A program made the translations under genes and the position numbers. A DNA stretch of 64,000 nucleotides, taken from the NCBI GenBank assembly GCA_040954595.2, contig CM082576.2:2082760-2146759 (forward strand). Direction: 5' to 3'. The notes under the pieces were generated by a model. That model was given only the letters and a program-made list of their open reading frames with translations. It was not told where the DNA came from and ran no database searches. Positions 32,397 through 46,100 of the stretch are shown piece after piece. Each line of letters begins with the position of its first letter. The stretch's first letter is position 1. This DNA is from Balanoglossus misakiensis (Eukaryota > Animalia > Hemichordata).

Positions 32397-35300
32397 CTGG
32401 GGATTGACACATGAAAAATTAAACTTAAGAACTATAATTTGTTACGGCAAGACAGATAAACATATTTCAGTGCATCTTTATGGCCAATGGCATTTTGACA
32501 AAAGTTTTCTTGTGTTAACAGTAGCAGTATGTTTGGCTTACCAAGCTTCTTGGTGAATTCCTGCTGCATTGAAGCACTGCATCACAGCCAGTGCATTATT
32601 GGCAACTGTCTCAGCACTTGTGTTGTGTAGCTTGAATGACCTGGACATACTCTGGGGTGGAGTTCCAACAGTCCTGATATTCACAGTCATCAGTCTGGCA
32701 GTGCGTTTGTTCTGTGAGACGAAGAAAGACAACAATTTCTGGTTGTGCTGTTTAAAAGTAATTTGTATACTTGTAAAGCAAATACTGGTACTTCAGATAA
32801 GGGTTGAAAAAAAAAAGCAGGCTGACATGCATGAGTTTGATAAAAATAATTGATAAATGCATTTCCCTCAGTCAATTACTGCAATTGTTGGGCAGGGCAC
32901 TGTCTGTCTGCATAAATCTGTCCTAAACTATAAATCTGGCCGAAACTATAAAATTGCTTGAAACTGTAAGAAAACCTCGCTGCCACATCATACTCACAGT
33001 GTCTAATTCCCTCTGAAGTCTTTCTTCGATTTCCGAAGCCAGCTGAAGTAACCAATGTTTTACCTGTAGAGGGCAGTATAGCACATGACTGAGAAGAAGT
33101 GACCATAGGCTTTTACACAAGTGGCAGATTGACAGAAATGGCCTGGTGCAAGTCAGTGTCTGGCACCATTGCTTTTTTTGTAAAGTTCATCATTTTGATT
33201 GAGTACATAGCATACAAACCCACTGTGTCAAAGCACTCTGATACATGTAGTTGGAGAGACACTACTGCCAATTTTAGAAGTGTATGTTGTACAAACAACT
33301 TCAGCTACACCAGTCAAACTATGACTGTTCAAACACTTTACCTGCTGTTTTGTGGCCAATGCATTTTTTCCAGGAAAGTTTTTGCCACATCCCACTGACT
33401 TGGACAATTGCCTTGGTCTTACTGGTTCGTGTTCAATGCCTCGACCAACCTCATACAGCCAGGCCCTGTCAAATAGCAGATAAATGAAAATAATAATTAC
33501 AATATTTACAATATGACTACATGTATATCACTTTTCACATCACTTGCCTTTCATCACATGTTTCCAAACTACCATGTTTTGTACCCATGGTATGCAAATG
33601 CAAGAATTTACTTTGAATTGATGAGAATACCTGTCATGTTCTTACCCCAATTTGTCTCCAAGTTGTGACTGCAGATGATTCAGTGTGGCTTTTGTGATGT
33701 CCGACATGTACTGCATCCCCAACTCATCTTGTAACTGCTGACCCAGCTTGCCTCCAAAGTGACGTCTATCACAGCAGTCAGGGAAAATGGAATTTTAAAG
33801 AAATTGCACCAATGAGACTATACTAGTTTAGAGTATGCATGCATTGGGTAACAGCTCTCAAAACCCCTTGGCACTGTCTCTGCAGATATAAATTTCAAAG
33901 CAAATACCAACGACATTTTGATTTGTAAAAGTAATACCTGGTACCCCTACTTACACTTTTCTGATGGGCATAGTTTGGTAGATTTTTTCAACTGATCTGT
34001 GTGGTAACACTGTCTGTTGGTTGGGTTTGTGAAGTCCACAGGCCAATTTGGCGAGCATCTGGAACAAAAATAAAGGGTTTAAAATTCCACTATTGGTGGT
34101 GCAAACATTAACTGGAAAAACTGTAGAATTTTCCAGAAAAAATATAAACAGAAATGAAATGTTCAGTTCTAGATTCTATAATATTCAGTCTTTCAATCAA
34201 AACACATTCTTGTAGAGGTTCCCAGATCAGGATGGCTTAAAATTCTGTTTGAAACTGGGTGTGTTTGCCATCATAGGATCTTAAAATCCATGATCAATTA
34301 CTCAGAACATTCCAGCAGTCATTATAGTTAGAATGTTAAGACTTATGTGAATGTTCAGTACCTTATTATACGCCACCCCAGCTGAGCAACGGAAACCCGT
34401 CTCTTGGAATACTGCAGCTCTCATCTCCTCTGCTATCAAACCTCCCACGGCCAAGCGTTTGTCATCTGTGTTGCCATAGCTATCCAACCAGTGGAACAAT
34501 CCTGCCACCCTCTCATCTGAAAATAAAACGAGAAATGGAACACAATCTATAAAGACACATGAAAGAGGATTATATGTATTTGTGTTGGAGACACTGACTA
34601 CCACTATTGCTTCAACACCGCATTTCAGACACTTTTCTACGGTAAAGTGGGACCAGCTCTGAGCTGGAGGGGTAAATGGGGGTGAAAGGTTTAAACATGC
34701 AAATCTATTGTACCCTGAACACTTTCATTTTTCTGGCCACCATTCTTATCACCGATTCTCCAATCCGCAACATGTGTGTTTGGTAACATGTCGGCAGATA
34801 CTCTCTCGTTTCCCAGTTCTTCCATTTTTCTGTGCACTTCATCCGTGAGATCAATATAAGCCTCATCCACACTGGCTTTCTCCACACTTTTACTAAACTT
34901 GCACAGGACGTCAATAACCTCTGCTCCTGCTTCTCGGTATCTGGGAAAAAAGGGTAAGGGTTCTGGAATTTAAAGAGTGGGTGCCGTCAAGTCTGCGATT
35001 GGGGGTATGGGTCCCATACAACACAGTTGCCAGCAAATCAAATATATTTAACATGAATTGGTTGGCAGAGCCTCCCTGAACAACGGGGACAATTCTGATG
35101 GTGTTTGATACAAGAATATGTATCAATCTCACTGATCAACAGGTGTATGTAAACTTAAAAGGCAAAGTTTGTAATACCTTGTAAGGTCTGCTTTGCCTCT
35201 GTTTTCTGGCACTCTCACCAGTGCTATATCTGGGCATATTTCTTTGGCTTCATCTCCTCTCATGCCCCCGCGTGTAACTCCACGTGCTCTAGCTTCATAT

Positions 35301-36093
35301 CCAACAGCTATGATTCTGCCAAAATAGCAGATTGTCATTGGTCAGTAAGTGGGTTTATAGATTTTGTGGCATATTACAAGATATATTGATCCAGTTGAAT
35401 TACCAAAATGACACTTTACAATTGTCCAAGTCTACTTTTATAAATCTTAACTTTTTAAAGAAATGTGTCACTGTTTATCAGATTTTTTCCATCTGTATTT
35501 AACTTTAAAAACAAATGTGGGAATATTATGACTCCATGATGTTTGGCGTTCTATCTATCTTTGTCTTTTATACTTTGGCAAGGCATTTTGGAAACCTACA
35601 ATTGCTATCTGGCACAACAGCCCTAGTATGGCAAGAGTGTACAACTTAATTTGGTTGTGCCACTGGACACTCTTGCAAATAGTATGGCTATCTAGTACTG
35701 TGTTATGTGTAAATTTCTTGAAATTAGATAAAGTTGCATTATGAATGTATATTTATGTTGAATTGAGGGTGATCATGTGTTACTGGGCTAGGCTGTAAGT
35801 AACTGCAATAATTGTAGCCTTGGTGGTGTCAGCAATCAACCAGCCCACCACCAAGGCTACAATTATTGCAGCTTAGGCTGTAAGCTGTGATGTCAATGAT
35901 ATGGCCTTTCCAGGCAGCTGTATGAAATGAAGGTCTCATGTTGATATTAGGGTAAATCTTACCCTCCACCCTTCCATGCATTGTACTGCACTACGGCACA
36001 TGGTTTACCCTTCAATTCGGGATTCCTACGTTGTTCAACTTGTACATAAAAACAATCCATGTCTACAAGGGCAACGACTCTGTCCATGGCCAT
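31418..36093 (-). CDS. POLH: DNA polymerase eta (Y-family translesion polymerase), 737 aa: complement join(35963-36093,35178-35315,34714-34940,34362-34516,33955-34058,33646-33765,33342-33465,32998-33063,32542-32711,31418-32396)
   Basis: 10 GT-AG exons total 2214 nt in frame. Motifs: RVVALVDMDCFYVQVEQR, CAVVQYNAWKGGGIIAVGYEAR, KADLTRYREAG, VEKASVDEAYIDLT, CSAGVAYNKMLAKLACGLHKPNQQT, RHFGGKLG, SVGCGKNFPG, UBZ CDKC..HLDFH, terminal PIP-like TLDQFF. Confidence 0.97.
32542..32711 (-). CDS. POLH: POLH exon 9
   Basis: NKRTARLMTVNIRT...QCFNAAGIHQEAW. Confidence 0.9.
32998..33063 (-). CDS. POLH: POLH exon 8
   Basis: VKHWLLQLASEIEERLQRELDT. Confidence 0.92.
33342..33465 (-). CDS. POLH: POLH exon 7
   Basis: AWLYEVGRGIEHEPVRPRQLSKSVGCGKNFPGKNALATKQQ. 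Confidence 0.93.
33646..33765 (-). CDS. POLH: POLH exon 6
   Basis: RHFGGKLGQQLQDELGMQYMSDITKATLNHLQSQLGDKLG. Confidence 0.92.
33955..34058 (-). CDS. POLH: POLH exon 5
   Basis: MLAKLACGLHKPNQQTVLPHRSVEKIYQTMPIRKV. Confidence 0.93.
34362..34516 (-). CDS. POLH: POLH exon 4
   Basis: DERVAGLFHWLD...LAVGGLIAEEMRAAVFQETGFRCSAGVAYNK. Confidence 0.93.
34714..34940 (-). CDS. POLH: POLH exon 3 (catalytic SVDE motif)
   Basis: YREAGAEVIDVLCKFSKSVEKASVDEAYIDLTDEV... Confidence 0.93.
35178..35315 (-). CDS. POLH: POLH exon 2
   Basis: IIAVGYEARARGVTRGGMRGDEAKEICPDIALVRVPENRGKADLTR. Confidence 0.95.
35789..35884. mobile_element. Small foldback/MITE-like insertion in POLH intron 1
   Basis: Perfect 26-bp inverted arms 35803-35828 / 35846-35871 with a 17-nt loop, flanked by the 11-bp direct repeat taggctgtaag (35789-35799, 35874-35884). 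Confidence 0.65.
35963..36093 (-). CDS. POLH: POLH exon 1
   Basis: MAMDRVVALVDMDCFYVQVEQRRNPELKGKPCAVVQYNAWKGG(G)|gtaaga. Confidence 0.95.
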
Positions 36094-36560
36094 AATGCAC
36101 TCGAAAACAAACTACTTCAAACACTGGACAAACTATTTATTTTTCCCGCTCGAAAAAATATAAAACGGACTCTAAGACGACGATTCTTCACGTCTTTGTT
36201 TCGAAAATGCAAAGCTGCTAACTCTGTGAGCGATGAGTTCAGTTAGGCTTCACCACCAACCGGACTAGCAACACAACAATCTTTTAGTTTCAAAATGGCG
36301 CTCCTTCACTTCCACGCGAGATTTCGCGAGATGGGGAATACTGCCCGAAAAGCACGGCGTTTTTTGTCAGAAATTTCAAAAAGTGAAATCTATAAATTGA
36401 TATTTGTATCCCTAATTGAAGCAATATAAAATCCACAAAATTTAGTCAAACCTTTTCATTTGAAAGATTTTATAACATCTAAGTTTCAACTTATTTAAAT
36501 ATCATGCAAATTATTTGTGAAAGGTCAAATTTCGGCAATCAAATGGCGTCCGGATGATTT
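36094..36560. promoter_or_regulatory. Putative bidirectional promoter for POLH (-) and ASPP (+)
   Basis: CpG-enriched gap of under 500 bp between the POLH ATG and the ASPP first donor; YY1-like AAATGGCG at 36293 and 36541; CGCGAGATTTCGCGAGA (36315-36331) contains a TCTCGCGAGA-like motif. Confidence 0.7.
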
Positions 36561-36567
36561 CCATCAG
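36540..36567 (+). other. Probable non-coding first exon (3' end) of ASPP
   Basis: Strong donor CAG|gtaagg at 36568 and matching acceptor ttttatacccag at 36891. The TSS cannot be determined. Confidence 0.55.
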
Positions 36568-37081
36568 GTAAGGTGTCGACTGCACTGTTATCGTCATGGA
36601 TGCTTTTTTTATAACAGCCCGACATTGTTTCATCTAACTTATACATTCGCATTGGAATATTGTAACTCTGTCGGTACTGTCTAGAAAACTCGTCGAGAGG
36701 GAAGCACTTCCCCGGCCCATGTCATCTCTGTTGTCGTCGGCACACACAATATTTATTTCTGTCGAACAGCTGTGTTGTTTACACTGTCGTCGCCGTCCGT
36801 ACTTGATGTTGACCGGTCCACACACATCAGTGGATGAATTTCGAGTGCATAATTATACCTCTTAACGCACTAAGTATCATTTTATACCCAGGTTTATGGA
36901 AAAACGCAAACCATTTCCAACCAAGCCGCCATTCGATTAGTGATGTGATGGATACAAATTGAGGCTTGGATTTTGTACACGCAGCTCAATCTAAACGCCG
37001 CGACGTGTTGTAAATATATAGTCACAGAAGAACACTTTTTGTATGATTCCGGTACCATCATCGCGTTTCTAGTGAAGTGAA

Positions 37082-37102
37082 ATGTCTGAACCACTTGTGC
37101 CG
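37082..37102 (+). CDS. ASPP: ASPP first coding segment MSEPLVP (in exon 36892-37102)
   Basis: ATG preceded by an in-frame TGA (37073); ends CCG|gtaagt in phase 0, like the short P-ending first coding exon of vertebrate ASPPs. Confidence 0.75.
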
Positions 37103-40100
37103 GTAAGTTCTGCTGAAACATTATCTTTTATTATTTTTTTCTTCTGAAAATTCAGACTGATGAAAACCTGCCTTTTCACACTGTTCCGTATTCCGTTCTC
37201 TTCCGTTTTACGTTAGTCGTCAGACTGACCATTGTTTATTACATTGTCTGGCTGTTATAATTACCCCTTCTGTGACAGCCGAGATCTTGATCAATCGGAC
37301 ATACCTCTGCGATGTGTCAGACATAACAGGAAACAAAACTAAGGGGAAAAAATGTTAATTTCATAAAATTGTAGTTTGTACTATCTGAGTGTACACATCA
37401 GTATTTGGCATTTGTCAAGACGTGACTTACATACATCATGATTTTTTTTATGACAAACACAACAGATGGCATGTGTCTAAATTTCAGTTTGTAGTAAGAT
37501 AATCATGAGTGGGTGGAGCAGCAGGGAATCTCTACATAGTCTTGGGAACATTATTAGTTTTACAAATGAATCCCATCAATGGGCATCAGGTCAGTCTTTC
37601 TTGAGGGACTCTGGTTCAAGTCACCTTCTTGAGGACTGTGTGCAGTTTCCTAGGTTACCACTCATTGTTTAAGTGGTTTCAGTTCCATAAATCTTGCCAT
37701 GTGTCTGGTTAGACTAGGAAAACCTGGCATCCGTTCAGATTCGGGGAACTACAATGAAGCATTAACCCACTTTTTAATTTATTGTTTCATATTGTCATGG
37801 CGGATCTGAAAAAATCACTTTAAATATGACTTTATACCAAAATTGCATTTGCCATAACCTAAGCTTTATCAAGAATCAGACTCATTTTGCCTGCAAATAT
37901 TTAATCAGGAAAGCATGCATGAACATGAAGTGTCCTCAAAGGTAATTTCACATTGTAAATGTTGACCATCCTGGGAGCATTCACCCCACGGGTATTAAAT
38001 GAAAATAAATGTGAACTTTTTATTAGCTTAATAGTGTTTGAGATCTTCACAGATCAAATACAGACAAGTTGACAGAAGGCAAGTTGGTTGCTAGGTAACT
38101 CACTCAGAAAATATCAGCAAGAATATTTTCTGATGTCAGAAGACTGGGCTGTAGATTAGCAATTCCGACTTTGAACTTGTTTAAAGGCAGTTAACTTAAT
38201 TTTATATAATTTCTAGAGTACACAAATGGCTTTGGCAATTATATTACCGGGTACAGTTAGTACATCTTCGTCCATTAATCACTGAAATGAAAGGATAACT
38301 TGCTTTAGAATTTATGTAACTGATATCATTCTTGAAACCAGGATAATTGAAACTGAGCATTTCCTCTTACTGACTTTTATTTTTACAATGATAAATTTTC
38401 ATAATGATCCAATACCAGTGATACCAATGTGAAAGTACTTCCATTATTTTTGTAACGGGAGAAGTGATGTCTTTTGTCCAGATCATAACTGATATGGTTT
38501 ATTCAGTTTTTCTGTTTGCTGGGGACAGCTGCAGAAATACTGACATCTTCACTTTGTTGCTGTCTGTCCATTAATCCCGGCTTCACTGGGTCTTTTGTGA
38601 GGCTTCATAAATCACATGCTGCTACAGGGAGAAATTTTACCCTGACATGCTCAGAAAAGATGGCCTTAGCAGCGCAGTTGGATATATGTGTCACACAACT
38701 TGATAGACAGCTAGTGTGTGTGTGGTTCATTGAACAGACTATGCTGTTCCATGCCTTAGATAACTCACTGCATTGCCCTACATCGTGAGCCCTGGCCTGA
38801 AGTATACATTTACATTAATTAAAAACAAGGTGTTAGAATTTGTGTGTCATTGCATCATAGGCAGTATTGTATTGTATATTGTTCTGTTCATGGTTGGTAC
38901 ACAATGGTTTTATTTGGTATTTATGATGTTCTTGTGTATATTGCTGTGTAGTTTTCACCCTTGTGTAAATGACGAAGTTGGTGTTATCGTGTGAAAATAT
39001 TGTTAAGTAACTTCTCTATACAGCATTATGGGAAAACCGAGTATTTCTTTATTTGCACACAAATCAATGTATTTGGGTTTGAGCCGACACCCACCCATGG
39101 GACACCCAAAAGGTATTAAGACATTCCAATCACAATGATCCATTGCCAGACCTGCAAAGAGGATTAAAATTCAGTCAATAATAACAAAGGCTTTGTGATA
39201 TGTAGCTGTCCCAGATATCTCAATAATTGATGATAATTCCTTGCCAAGATGTGATACTGAAGGTAACTACATTGACAATCCAATTTAAGGAAACAATAGT
39301 CCAGCAAACAAGTGAAGAATCTTCAACTGCTAATCACCTTATTTTTGCATCAGGGATCAGAAAACACTCCCCTTTTTTCACCCTTGGTTGGCTATGACAA
39401 TTTGATGGCGGAAATACGTCTCATACTGTTTTCCATTCTCATAATTCTTGGCTTTATCAAAAGGGCTGATATGAAGTCAGGGAAGTAAACATTTGAGTTT
39501 CCTAGTTATCAATGAGATTAGACTGTCAATGGTCATTTCGTGTATTTTTGATTAGCAGCACTGCTAAAAGTCGATAATAGTGCTAGAAGCTGGCTGGCAC
39601 AAGCTTGTACCCCACCTACACCACTCCTGACTGCATGCAAATTACATTTCTGCCAGTGTGAGATTATAAAAATATTGTACATGTAGACCAATTTAAAACA
39701 GATAAAGTCCCTGCTTAATGAACATCCATCTTGATTTGACACAGATTTAAAAAATGTAACTATCTACAAATTTAGCCAACACTCCCCGAGCTTCTTTAAT
39801 TTGGGGGAAGGTGCCAAATTTAAAACTTTTTTATTCTCGCATGTTACAATTAAAGTTGCATAGTGAACTTTGGACACACCAAGTTTTTCTTAACAGATGC
39901 AATTACAAGGTTTATGTGGGCATAAAATGGTGAATAAAAGTTGCATCTTATATACTGGGGGTTAATATGATACCTTTAATTCACAGATAAAAAATATGGT
40001 ATCTTTTACAATATCTCATTGAAATTGAGCCACTCATTGACTGGGGTTACAGTCAGTTTGTAAGTTAATTGCACTTGTGTGGCTTCCTTCAGTCTGTAGC

Positions 40101-43100
40101 CTTGAATTCCATTGTGCTGTTCCAGGGAAAATAATTGTAAAGCATTGGTAATTTTTATAAAATGAACACACGGACATTCAGGCGGAAACGCAAACAGAAT
40201 AGCCATAGCTGTTCCAACATCTGACAACAACTTTCCAAAGACGTTTATGGCTCACAGTTCACAAAAGAAGACAGGGAACACATTGGCACATGCAAGGTGG
40301 AATTCCATACCATAGTGAGGTCATGCATTGTGTACACAGAGTCATGGAATGAGGGAGGGAAAATACCATTGATGTCACACTGCTATGACATGGTGTACAT
40401 TGTGTAGCTGTGATTTGTAGTGAAATTGACCTCTTCATGCATGACTACCGCCCAACAAGCCTGAACTCTATATATTAAAATGCAAAAATAACAAACCACT
40501 CTTGCTCTACACGGGAGATTTTTACAGTTAAAGTCTATTACATGGCACAGTGTCTGGGTTAGGCTTGGGAGATGGGAGGCTAATTGGACAGAGTTCTTTT
40601 GCTTATAATTAATTAATGGTGATTTACTGGGATTTTTGTTTTAGACAACATTGGTAGTCATCAAGACTACGGAATATTACTAGTGATGTCAATGATCTGA
40701 GGGAGTTCCCTGATTTGATGTAATGTAAGAAACTTACATGTAGATGACAGTTAAAACTTGTACTGAGACACACAGCTATCTTGGCCTTTTTGCCACTGTT
40801 TGAAGTCCAGAAGAATGAAGAACAAAATCTGCCAGGAATTTCATGTCATGTATCTGAGAAATGTTATTGTTCAAAAGATGTGACAACAAGACAATAACGG
40901 GGTCAGTCTGGAGTGTCTGTCTAATGGAATTTGGCATGTGAGAATGAAATGTGTAGCTTTGTTTATTTTCATGTCACATTTTCAAATTAACATAGTTGAT
41001 ATTGTTTATGTTAATATGTCCTTATGGCCAGCATCGTGCCACAAGCTGTAAATTGTAGGAGTAGAGACAAATGCAAACACTTCTGGGATGGAAACAATAC
41101 ATCTCATTACATGTACTACAAAAGAGACCAGAACCATAACAAAGGATTACAAGTACATTGAATAGTGGAATTGCCATGGATTACAAATGAAGTCTGTCTC
41201 AATATACAATACATTCCAGGGAATCAATACAAAATAACAGAACACTACTGGTTAGTGCCACCATGAATAGTGAAATGTTTCTGATTAGTCATAAAATGAG
41301 CATTTTTTCCTGCTTGGGAGTACCAGTAATCCTAGTAGATTATGAAACGTCACTAATTTGGTAGCATGATTATGAAATTTGGTATTGCCTTATACACTGT
41401 TTGTATGAGTCATGGGGAATCAATGTATGAATTATAGCCCTAACTATGAATCCACATCACCTGCAGCCAGGGATATTTTTCTCTGCGCACGTGATGTGAA
41501 TAATGAAGGCGGGATTGATTTGAGCGTGAGTCGTCAATGAGATGTTTGAATTAATGCAAAGCCCTGCATGTTCACTTGGACATATGTCTGACATTAAGCA
41601 AAAGAATGTACTTGTACATCGTGTCAGAGTCAATACCAGTAATGATTTGTGCAATGTCCGAGCTCTCAGCGTTGAGGTCACTCTGACTTCATTACAGCCT
41701 CATTAGTCAGGGTATTCATTTTAGGAGAGGCAGGTGGCCACATCGCTTTGGTTTCATGGGGTATCTCTTCTTACAAATGATTGACAGCTATCATGGGTTT
41801 GATGGGAAAATGATCACAACATGATAGACCACATGGATTGCACTGTCATGTACATGTGCTTAGCTGAGCTATACCTACCGATCTGTGAGTGTCAGATATT
41901 ATGCGAACCACAGAACATGTACATTTGACATTTATATGAGGAATATGTAATGCATATTTTATCATTGATCATTCTGGTCTGATATGTTATGCAGGCATCT
42001 GTAACTATTAATACTTCATACTGTTATTAAAGAATGACATTTATTTTCATTCAGAGAGAACACGATTCAATATAAATGTGCTATTTATACATAGCTATAT
42101 ACAGCTACAGTATACATATGCAGATATCATCTTTGAAATGCTTCAAGTTTGGTAAGTAATAAAATGCCGCAAACTGGCATTATCTCAGCTACATTCCATG
42201 CCCCCACAGTTGGCAGTGTATAAAAAGAAAGACAATTGTCTTGTGGGTGATTCTGTCAGATTCCATCAGCCATATAATAACAGTACAAAAACAATAGGCA
42301 ATTGTTTCTGGTGCCAACTCGTGAAAGTGATGTGTGAATACAACCCTTTCACCATCATGGTTTGGTCCAAATCCATTGTTTTCTAAGGTAAAGTTGGACC
42401 TCTACAGAGGGAAACTGGGGTGAATGGGTTGAATCATATTGTCATGGAGGTTATAGAATGTTGATTGAATAAAACTGTTCACAGTTACCGCCCAATCTTG
42501 TCATCGGTGTTATGTAACAGGGCAAGGGATGTCTGCCTTTTATATGGAAATATTTCTAATTGTAGTATGAACAATGATGGAGGTCATTACTTCACACTGG
42601 ATCCATAAAGCTTCCCTCAAAGGGCCAGAAATAGTTCGGAAACAATCCAAGATACCCTGGTATGTCAGACTGTCAAGATGTGCTTAAAAGTTTAATGAAC
42701 GGAGAGTTCTGAATAAACAGTGGACAGGTAAAGTACCTGACAATGTCAAGAAGCTTTTGAACTGTATAATTGGCCGTTTGTCAGCCAGGAATTGACAGTT
42801 TCTGTTACTGTGTTCAGCTGTAGAACCGTGTGACAGTGAGTGATTACTTATTAGTCCCTACTTGCATCAAGGAGATGTGAATACTACAAGTTCTGTTAGT
42901 ACAGATACTCCATCCATAATAATCCTGCAGAAATGCCAAGTATAGACCGAGTGTGGTGGCACTCATGCCAGATGTTTGGTTAATGAAGGTTAGAAAGACA
43001 GTTTTGACCTTACTAAAACCATTTTACATTGACTTTCGTTGAGTGAAGTGCTACTAAAGCAGAAACGAATACACAAAACTACATTAAAATTTCTCAAAGT

Positions 43101-46100
43101 TTCACCCCCATGCCATTTTGCATTCTTTTGTGAAATGAAGGGGGAATGAATTACAGTAAACAAGGCCAGTGTAAGCTGCCTGGAACTGGTGCATACACGT
43201 ATGTTTGGATAGTTTCAATTTTTAGGTGTAGAGCCTTGTGCGACTATTGAAATTGTTTTGAATTTTACCTGGCCTGCTGTCTCTAATGGCAGATCTTTTG
43301 ATAGGAGAGGCAAAGCAACACATTTTTAATTTCTTAATGCAGAAGTAATTAAAAAGTAATTTTCCTCTCCTATTGTTGTAATTTTACCAAGGGAGGGTAA
43401 ACTATTGACTCTTTCAACATCATTTTATGAGCATTTCCCGTCATAAAGGTGGATCTTGTCTCCCAAATGACCATAAAATTCACCAAAGATGGTCACAGGG
43501 AGGCCATATGCCAGATATACAACATTTTAAAATGGCTGTAATTTATAGGCTTTGCTAGCGGCCATTCCCATGACAGCATTACCGGTTACCCTGAAGGCAA
43601 AGGTTACACAGGAGATCATGTTCGGCAAAATGTGTTTGCACTTCAAACTTTGGTGGTAATTATATACTTTTATGCATTTGAACTTCAAATACATGGCGGT
43701 CAGTTTCCCAGGCAAGTCATTTATGCAGGAAGTGTACTACCAATATCTTGGTCGGTTCCCTGTATTTCCAAATCATTGGTATTTCATTTAATATTTGTGT
43801 ATTTTCATGTAATGGATGTGAAATAAAGGTACAGTTCAATTTACAAGGACTGGGTCAGTTTATCCTGATACAAACATGCCATTCAGTCTGGACACCTAGA
43901 ATTTCACAGTAATTGCGTGGACCCCATGGATGATACTAGCCTATTACTGTTAGAACCAGCTTTAAACATGTATTTAGACAAAGCACTGATAGATCTACAA
44001 CAAATCAATGTGTCACAGCAGCATTCCTTTGTGTTACTTAACATTCCATGAGTCATTGTCTTTACCCCAATAACAATCACGGCATTGCAACTTGGAATAA
44101 ATCTGACGTCAAACTTGTTTGATATTGATCAGTGTAATTTTTTCAGTATTAAACACTGATGAAGCACACACCCAAAAGTATGAGTAATATCAGTCCCATC
44201 ACTGTGTGTTGTGTACTTGATTTTCAATAATTAAGAAATAATTCAAGTGTTAGTCAACCTTATCAATATTTGATGATGGCTCGAGTCAAAGAAGCACGAG
44301 AACCCACTCCACTGGACAAGCCACGACATCTGTTGTCTTGTTCAGTTCAAGACACAGCCCCTGGAAGTGTGCCAGTTTTTATGGGGAGGGAGTAAAAGTA
44401 TCACACAGTGTAGCACATAGTTACTGTACATGTTAATTCAGAAAGGCACCGGTTGACACTCTAAACCCATGCACGTGTAAGATCCAGTAAGCCTACACTG
44501 TGGTTTCCACCCTGTAGTGTTGAAAACAACCGTATAGGATGAACAAAATACTTGGTGTAGAGTGAACCAGACACTTGCCACACAAACTGTTCATTGTCAC
44601 ATTGCGTTGAATGGCAGATGCAGAACCAGTCATTGGTTCGTTCCTGTGTTTGTTATATTTTATGAATCATATCTGTGTGTGTTTGTCTGGAGTCTGGTGA
44701 AAAATCTCTAATCCAGTGATCAAGTGTGATAACATCAAAATCACATTGCTATGTCAAGTACCACATTGTCACCTCATCAACCCATCATTCCTATCCACAA
44801 GGTGTGTTGTCAGTCCCGCAGAAAGGTAATCCCTAGAGTATAAACATTCTTGATCATTTTTGCCAGTTGATTATTTCTTAAACCACACCCACTGTTGATA
44901 CAAGATGGAAGAGTATCCAACAGCATATGAGGTACCTGTGTCTGTGATATTTGACACTCCCAGACTTCATTCAACTGCTGAGTTGTTGTTCTTTTTTTCA
45001 AATTGCTGATTGACATTGTGTGCTTCGTCTTGTTTAATATTCCCAGATGATACTGAAGGTTTACCTTAGCAACAGTAACGACACAGGGGTTGATGTGCCC
45101 ATCACACCGGAGACGACCTGCAGAGATGTGATAGAATGCTGCAGACAACCTGGTGAGGAACAGTGCCACCTGGCTGAACTGTGGAGAGGCTGTGGTAGGT
45201 TGGAGAATTCATATTACCAGCACGTGTCATGCCGCATTCACAGTGCAAAAGGTGCAAGTGGAGAATGTTGGCATTTCAACATGTTTTAATCTGTGTTACA
45301 ACAGAGCAGATAAAAACCGTGCTCTGTCATACGCTTGTACACATTTTGCTGTGTCAAATTACTCACCATGATTTATTCATGTAATAGTGAGCTGCCGCAT
45401 TATGTCTGATTCCACTGAAAGCAATTTCAGCTTTGACTGTTGTATCTTATGTTATTAGGTGTCAGCTATCCACACTACAAATCCCCTTCACAACTCACTA
45501 CAAAACCAAAGCACATGTCTCCCTGGCCATTGATATTTAGCACTAAGTACTTGGGCTGCAACCACAGTCTTTTGTGACTTTGTGTTTTTGCTGTATTTAT
45601 CGAACATTACTGAAAAATTCACCCCCAATTACCTACTATGTGTGCAGGGTACATATCTAAAGTGAAAGCTATGAGCAGTCAAGCTGAACACAGGCACACA
45701 CACTCTCTCTCCGTCTCTCACAAACTACAACAGTTTTTTATGCCCTCAAGTGTAGTGTGTTCACTCAGTTGAAAAAGTGAAGAGTTACAGGGTATTCTAT
45801 TTGGCACTATAAATGGCCTATAAAAATCCTAACAGATGATTTATTATGGGAAAGTTCTGGCCAACTCATCATTTCACTCCTGTAACAAGAAAGAATTGTT
45901 TACAAGCAGATTACAAGCCAAATTCATTTTGATTTGCAGGTAATTTTCCAAGCGACCAACCCCAACCAATCGTGTTTTGATTAATTGGTGATTTTAATTA
46001 AAATTTACCAGTAGGTTTTTGCTATTTCCCCAAGGAGCAAAGTTATTTATCCAGTGAATCTCCTGTTTCAATTCTATTTTAATGAACAACAAACTCGTTC

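Noticed and set aside
32912-32965. Three 18-bp tandem units in POLH intron 8
   Set aside because: Ordinary degenerate minisatellite with no spacers; not CRISPR-like.
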